Program-made: the position numbers and the translations under genes
Notes under the pieces: model-generated
Databases searched by the model: none
What the model was told of the DNA's origin: nothing
Seen by the model: the letters and a program-made list of their open reading frames with translations, nothing else
NCBI GenBank assembly: GCA_037927135.1
Contig: JAXSPP010000001.1
Span: forward strand, 32,001-96,000
Length of the DNA stretch: 64,000 bases
Direction: 5' to 3'
Source: Candidatus Pampinifervens sinense
GTDB lineage: Bacteria; Aquificota; Aquificia; Aquificales; Aquificaceae
Shown: positions 60,346-64,000 of the stretch, in pieces
Position numbering within the stretch: the first letter of the stretch is position 1
Layout: each line of letters begins with the position of its first letter

Positions 60346-61564
60346 GGTTTTGATGCCACAGTTTTCAGACACTATGGAGAGGGGGAAGGTGGTAAGGTGG
60401 CTAAAAAAGGAGGGGGACTTTGTGGAAAAGGGGGAGGTGATAGCGGAGATTGAAGCAGAAAAGGCCATTATGGAGCTTCAAAGCTTCAAAAGGGGTGTTC
60501 TAAAAAGGATACTGGTAAAGGAAGGGGAAGAGGTGCCTGTGGGCAAGCCCATAGCCATCATGGAGCTGGGAGAAAAGGTAAAGGAAACTCCTAAAGTGGA
60601 AGAGGTGAAAAAGGAAGAGGAGAAAAAACCTCAGGAACCTCCAAAGCTAAAGGTGGAGGTGCAAGAGAAAGTAGAGCTTCCTCCCGGCTTTGCCTCTCCT
60701 TATGCAAGGCTTTTGGCAAAGGAGAAGGGCATAGACCTTCAAGAGCTACAAAAGGAGGAAAGGCTTCCTTCTCCAGCCCATGCCAAGGACATAGAGGAGT
60801 TTTTAAAGGAAAGGCACTTCACACCAAAGGCCCTTGAGCTCTTAAAGGAGTATGAGCTAAGCGTAGAAGAGCTTCTGAAGGAATTTCCAGACAGGAAGAT
60901 TGACGAGGACCTCCTTTTGGCCTACGTAGAAGAGAAGAACATACCAAAGAAGGTGCCTATCTCCTTTGCTCAAAAGAGCCTAATTTCTAACCTTTCAAAG
61001 AGCTTTGTAGTCCCACACTACCACATATACGAGGTCTTTGACCTCTCTTTCATACCTTGGGACAAAGATATCACCCTCACCCATTGGCTCATAAAGATTG
61101 TGGGCGATGCCATGCAATACTTTGAAAGGCTAAGGGCTGTATATAAAGAGGACCACTATCTTATATACCCTTCCTCCAATGTGGGCGTGGCTATAGCTGT
61201 AGGTGATGAGCTTTATGCCCCCGTGGTAAAGGATGTGCAAAGGAAGAGCCTGAGGGAGATAGCCCAAGAGGTAAGAGAGTTAAGAAAAAAGGCGGAGGAG
61301 GGAAGGCTTAGCCTTGAGGACATAAGCGGTGCTACCCTCACCATATCCAACCTCGGTATGTTCGGCATAAGGGCCTTTGATGCGGTCATCCCTTACGGTC
61401 AAGTGTGTATTATGGCCGTGGGCATGCAGGACCAGGAGGGCAAGGCTCATATTACCTTCACCTTTGACCACAGGGTGGTAAACGGCCTTCATGCAGCCCT
61501 TTTTGTAAAGCACCTAAAGGAGAAGGTCTTGGACAAAAGCTACATAAAGATGTTAAAGAGGTAG
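60335..61564 (+). CDS. pdhC: Dihydrolipoamide acyltransferase E2
   Basis: Lipoyl domain EIEAEKA, ASP.AR binding domain, TISNLG, DHRVVNG. Confidence 0.9.
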   Translation: MDYEVLMPQFSDTMERGKVVRWLKKEGDFVEKGEVIAEIEAEKAIMELQSFKRGVLKRILVKEGEEVPVGKPIAIMELGEKVKETPKVEEVKKEEEKKPQEPPKLKVEVQEKVELPPGFASPYARLLAKEKGIDLQELQKEERLPSPAHAKDIEEFLKERHFTPKALELLKEYELSVEELLKEFPDRKIDEDLLLAYVEEKNIPKKVPISFAQKSLISNLSKSFVVPHYHIYEVFDLSFIPWDKDITLTHWLIKIVGDAMQYFERLRAVYKEDHYLIYPSSNVGVAIAVGDELYAPVVKDVQRKSLREIAQEVRELRKKAEEGRLSLEDISGATLTISNLGMFGIRAFDAVIPYGQVCIMAVGMQDQEGKAHITFTFDHRVVNGLHAALFVKHLKEKVLDKSYIKMLKR

Positions 61565-61567
61565 GCT

Positions 61568-62794
61568 ATGGACTATGATGTGATCCTTTTGGGTGGAGGG
61601 CTTGCCTACACGGGCGCAGAGCTTTTGAGGAATGCGGGCCTAAAGGTGGCCATAGTAGAAAAGGACCCTTCCCACCTTGGTGGCGTTTGCCTCCATAAAG
61701 GCTGTGTTCCCACCAAGCTTTACCTCTTTGAGGCAAGAAAGGCCTATGACCTAAAAAACTCTTCCCTTCTCTCTGTAAAGGAAATCGCCTTTGACCTAAA
61801 AAGCTTAAAGGAAAAGAAGGAAAGGCTTACAAAAGCTTTAAGGGACCAAATAGATAGGCTTTTAAAGGGTGTGGACCTTATCTACGGCTACGGTGAGCTG
61901 GTGGAGCCCCATGTGGTAGAAGTGGAAGGAAAAAGGATAAGCGCCAAGCACATCATAATAAACACGGGAAAGTCCTATCCCTTGGAGCCAAACGGAGATC
62001 ACCTTTTGGAGCTGGAAGAAGTTCCAGAAGGTTTAAAGATAGCGGGTGATGACCCTCTTGCCCTTGAGTTTGCTTGCATGTTTGCCCTCATGAATTGTAA
62101 GGTGGAGCTTTACTTTGAAGAGGGAAGCCTTGACTTTATGCATCCCTCCATAAGGGGAAGGCTTTTAAAGATGCTTAAGGATATGAATATAAGCCTTATG
62201 CCTTTATCTGATGCACCAAAGGAAAAGGTCTATTGGATAAAAAGGAGGGTGCCAAACACTAAATGTATAAAGGTAGAAATATCCACGGATGACCTTGGCC
62301 ATATAGTTGTGGACAAAAACTATGAGACCTCTTTGAAGGACCACTATGCGGTGGGTGATGTAAATGGTATAGCGGAGCTTGCCCATGCCAGCAGGGTTCA
62401 AGCCCTCTCTGTGGCAAAAAGGATAATAAAGGGCCAGGGCTTTTTCACACCACCTTACAAAATCCCATACGTTCTATACACCCAGCCCCTATCTTACGCA
62501 AAGGTGGGCTTTACTAAAAAAGAACTTGAAAAGAAGGGAATAGGGTTTAGCGAAAAGAGCGTAAGCCTTAGGGCCTTTGCGGTAGGAAGTATATACCACA
62601 CGGAGGAAGGCATGGCCTTTTTGTACTTTGACAAGAAGGGCTTTTTGCTTGGTGCAGAAGTCTTCTCAAGGGATGCGGGGGAGGTTATAGGAAACCTTAC
62701 AGTTAGTCTTTTCTCCGAGCTGAACCTTGATATGCTTTCAAGGCTTTGCCTTCCACATCCAACCCTTGGAGAGGTGATTTTTATAAGATTATAA
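61568..62794 (+). CDS. lpdA: Dihydrolipoamide-dehydrogenase-like flavoprotein, shortened and atypical
   Basis: GGVCLHKGCVP redox disulfide, YAVGD, HPTLGE. The NAD-binding motif is degenerate. Confidence 0.8.
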   Translation: MDYDVILLGGGLAYTGAELLRNAGLKVAIVEKDPSHLGGVCLHKGCVPTKLYLFEARKAYDLKNSSLLSVKEIAFDLKSLKEKKERLTKALRDQIDRLLKGVDLIYGYGELVEPHVVEVEGKRISAKHIIINTGKSYPLEPNGDHLLELEEVPEGLKIAGDDPLALEFACMFALMNCKVELYFEEGSLDFMHPSIRGRLLKMLKDMNISLMPLSDAPKEKVYWIKRRVPNTKCIKVEISTDDLGHIVVDKNYETSLKDHYAVGDVNGIAELAHASRVQALSVAKRIIKGQGFFTPPYKIPYVLYTQPLSYAKVGFTKKELEKKGIGFSEKSVSLRAFAVGSIYHTEEGMAFLYFDKKGFLLGAEVFSRDAGEVIGNLTVSLFSELNLDMLSRLCLPHPTLGEVIFIRL

Positions 62795-62805
62795 TTATTC
62801 TTAAG

Positions 62806-64000
62806 GTGAGAAAGGTTCTTTCCCTTACTATTACAGCCATTGGTCTTTTACTTTTGTTGGGATCCATATCTGTAGCCCTTCTCTCCGTAGGCCTACCATC
62901 GGTGGAAACCCTAAAGGACTGGAAGCCACCTGTGGCCACTGTGGTCTATGATGCCAAGGACAGGCCCTTTGGTGATGTAGCACTGCAAAGAAGGTATTAT
63001 GTAGAGCTAAAGGATATTCCCCTTCATGTAAGACAGGCCTTCATAGCTGCAGAGGACAAAAACTTTTACAAGCATCCAGGCATTGACCCTATAGCCATAC
63101 TGAGGGCCATAGTCGCCAACATAAGGCATGGAGAGCTAAAACAAGGTGCATCCACCATAACACAGCAGCTGGCAAGAAACCTCTTCCTCACACCAGACAG
63201 AAGCATAAAGAGAAAGATAAGGGAGGCTATTTTAGCTCTCAGGATTGAAAGGCATTTTACAAAGGACCAGATACTGGAGATGTACCTCAATTACATATAC
63301 TTGGGACAAGGTGCTTACGGTGTGGAGGCTGCCTCAAGGATATACTTTGGAAAGTCGGTAAAGGACCTAACTGTGGATGAGGCTGCCATCCTTGCCGGCC
63401 TTCCAAAGGCACCCACCAGGTATAACCCATTTAGAAACCCTGAAAAGGTCAAAGAAAGAAGGGACTATGTGCTTACACGTATGTATGAGGATGGATATTT
63501 AAGCGAAGAAGAATATAAAAGGCTGATTGAAAAGCCTATAAATGTAAAGCTTGAAAACAGATACTATGGAATGGATTACTTCCTTGACTTTGTAAAGGAA
63601 TATCTGATTGAAAAGTACGGTGAAGTGGTCCTTGCGGGCGGGTATAAGGTATATACCACCGTGGATAAGGACCTACAGGAACACGCAAGAAAGGCCCTAA
63701 GGAGAGGAATAGAAAGGGTTGCAAGGGCTAACGGTATACCCTTCTTGCCAGAGGATCCTTATGAGCTGGAAAGAAGGTATAAGGAGCAGACTGTAGAAGA
63801 AAAGCCAGGCAAGGTTTATATAGGCAAGGTTTTAAGCGTAGAAGGTGACAGGCTAGTGGTTGAACTAAAGGACAGACAGTATGAGGTGGATAGGTCAAGC
63901 CTTCCTGTAGAAAAGGGAGATTATGTGCTTGTAAGGTTTTACAAAAGTAAAAAAGGTCTAAAGGTGGAGGTGCTTCCAGACCTTCAAGGTGCCTTGGTAA
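62806..64000 (+). CDS. mrcA: Penicillin-binding protein 1A (truncated by window end)
   Basis: Not in the ORF track. GTG 62806, TM anchor, transglycosylase motifs EDKNFYKHPG, GASTITQQLARN, RKIREA, YLNYIYLG; frame open to the end. Confidence 0.93.
   Translation, partial: MRKVLSLTITAIGLLLLLGSISVALLSVGLPSVETLKDWKPPVATVVYDAKDRPFGDVALQRRYYVELKDIPLHVRQAFIAAEDKNFYKHPGIDPIAILRAIVANIRHGELKQGASTITQQLARNLFLTPDRSIKRKIREAILALRIERHFTKDQILEMYLNYIYLGQGAYGVEAASRIYFGKSVKDLTVDEAAILAGLPKAPTRYNPFRNPEKVKERRDYVLTRMYEDGYLSEEEYKRLIEKPINVKLENRYYGMDYFLDFVKEYLIEKYGEVVLAGGYKVYTTVDKDLQEHARKALRRGIERVARANGIPFLPEDPYELERRYKEQTVEEKPGKVYIGKVLSVEGDRLVVELKDRQYEVDRSSLPVEKGDYVLVRFYKSKKGLKVEVLPDLQGALV

Overview
Dense, mostly housekeeping chromosomal segment of a thermophilic hydrogen-oxidising bacterium, most likely Aquificaceae (Hydrogenobacter/Thermocrinis-like). 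This is inferred from gene content, AGG/ATA-rich codon usage and overlapping genes. Left (1-13.9 kb): a hydrogenase region with a cytoplasmic [NiFe] large subunit lacking a C-terminal extension, hypE/A/F, an O2-tolerant group 1d membrane-bound hydrogenase operon and a divergent Ni/Co ECF uptake operon. Middle: core genes (prmA, duplicated K+/H+ antiporters, dnaJ-hspR, gatA, aspS, hemC/B, tRNA-Gly(CCC), HerA-like ATPase, amidase, queE, infB, bioW, FadL-type porin, ferredoxin, hfq, degenerate priA, queD, tusA/dsrEFH, pilB, panB, metF). The ~0.9 kb ORF-free gap at 47.2-48.0 kb holds two decayed mobile elements: a TnpB-like fragment between terminal inverted repeats, and an IS982-like remnant. Right: a sigma54-driven tandem DUF2173 pair plus an SCP2 gene, uvrC, and a Tat-exported NXR-like/periplasmic nitrate reductase operon whose alpha subunit is frameshifted at an (AT)n run. 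A pyruvate-dehydrogenase-type operon follows, whose E3 lacks the NAD-binding motif, then a truncated PBP1A. No CRISPR array or prophage was seen. All family assignments come from motif recognition, not database searches.
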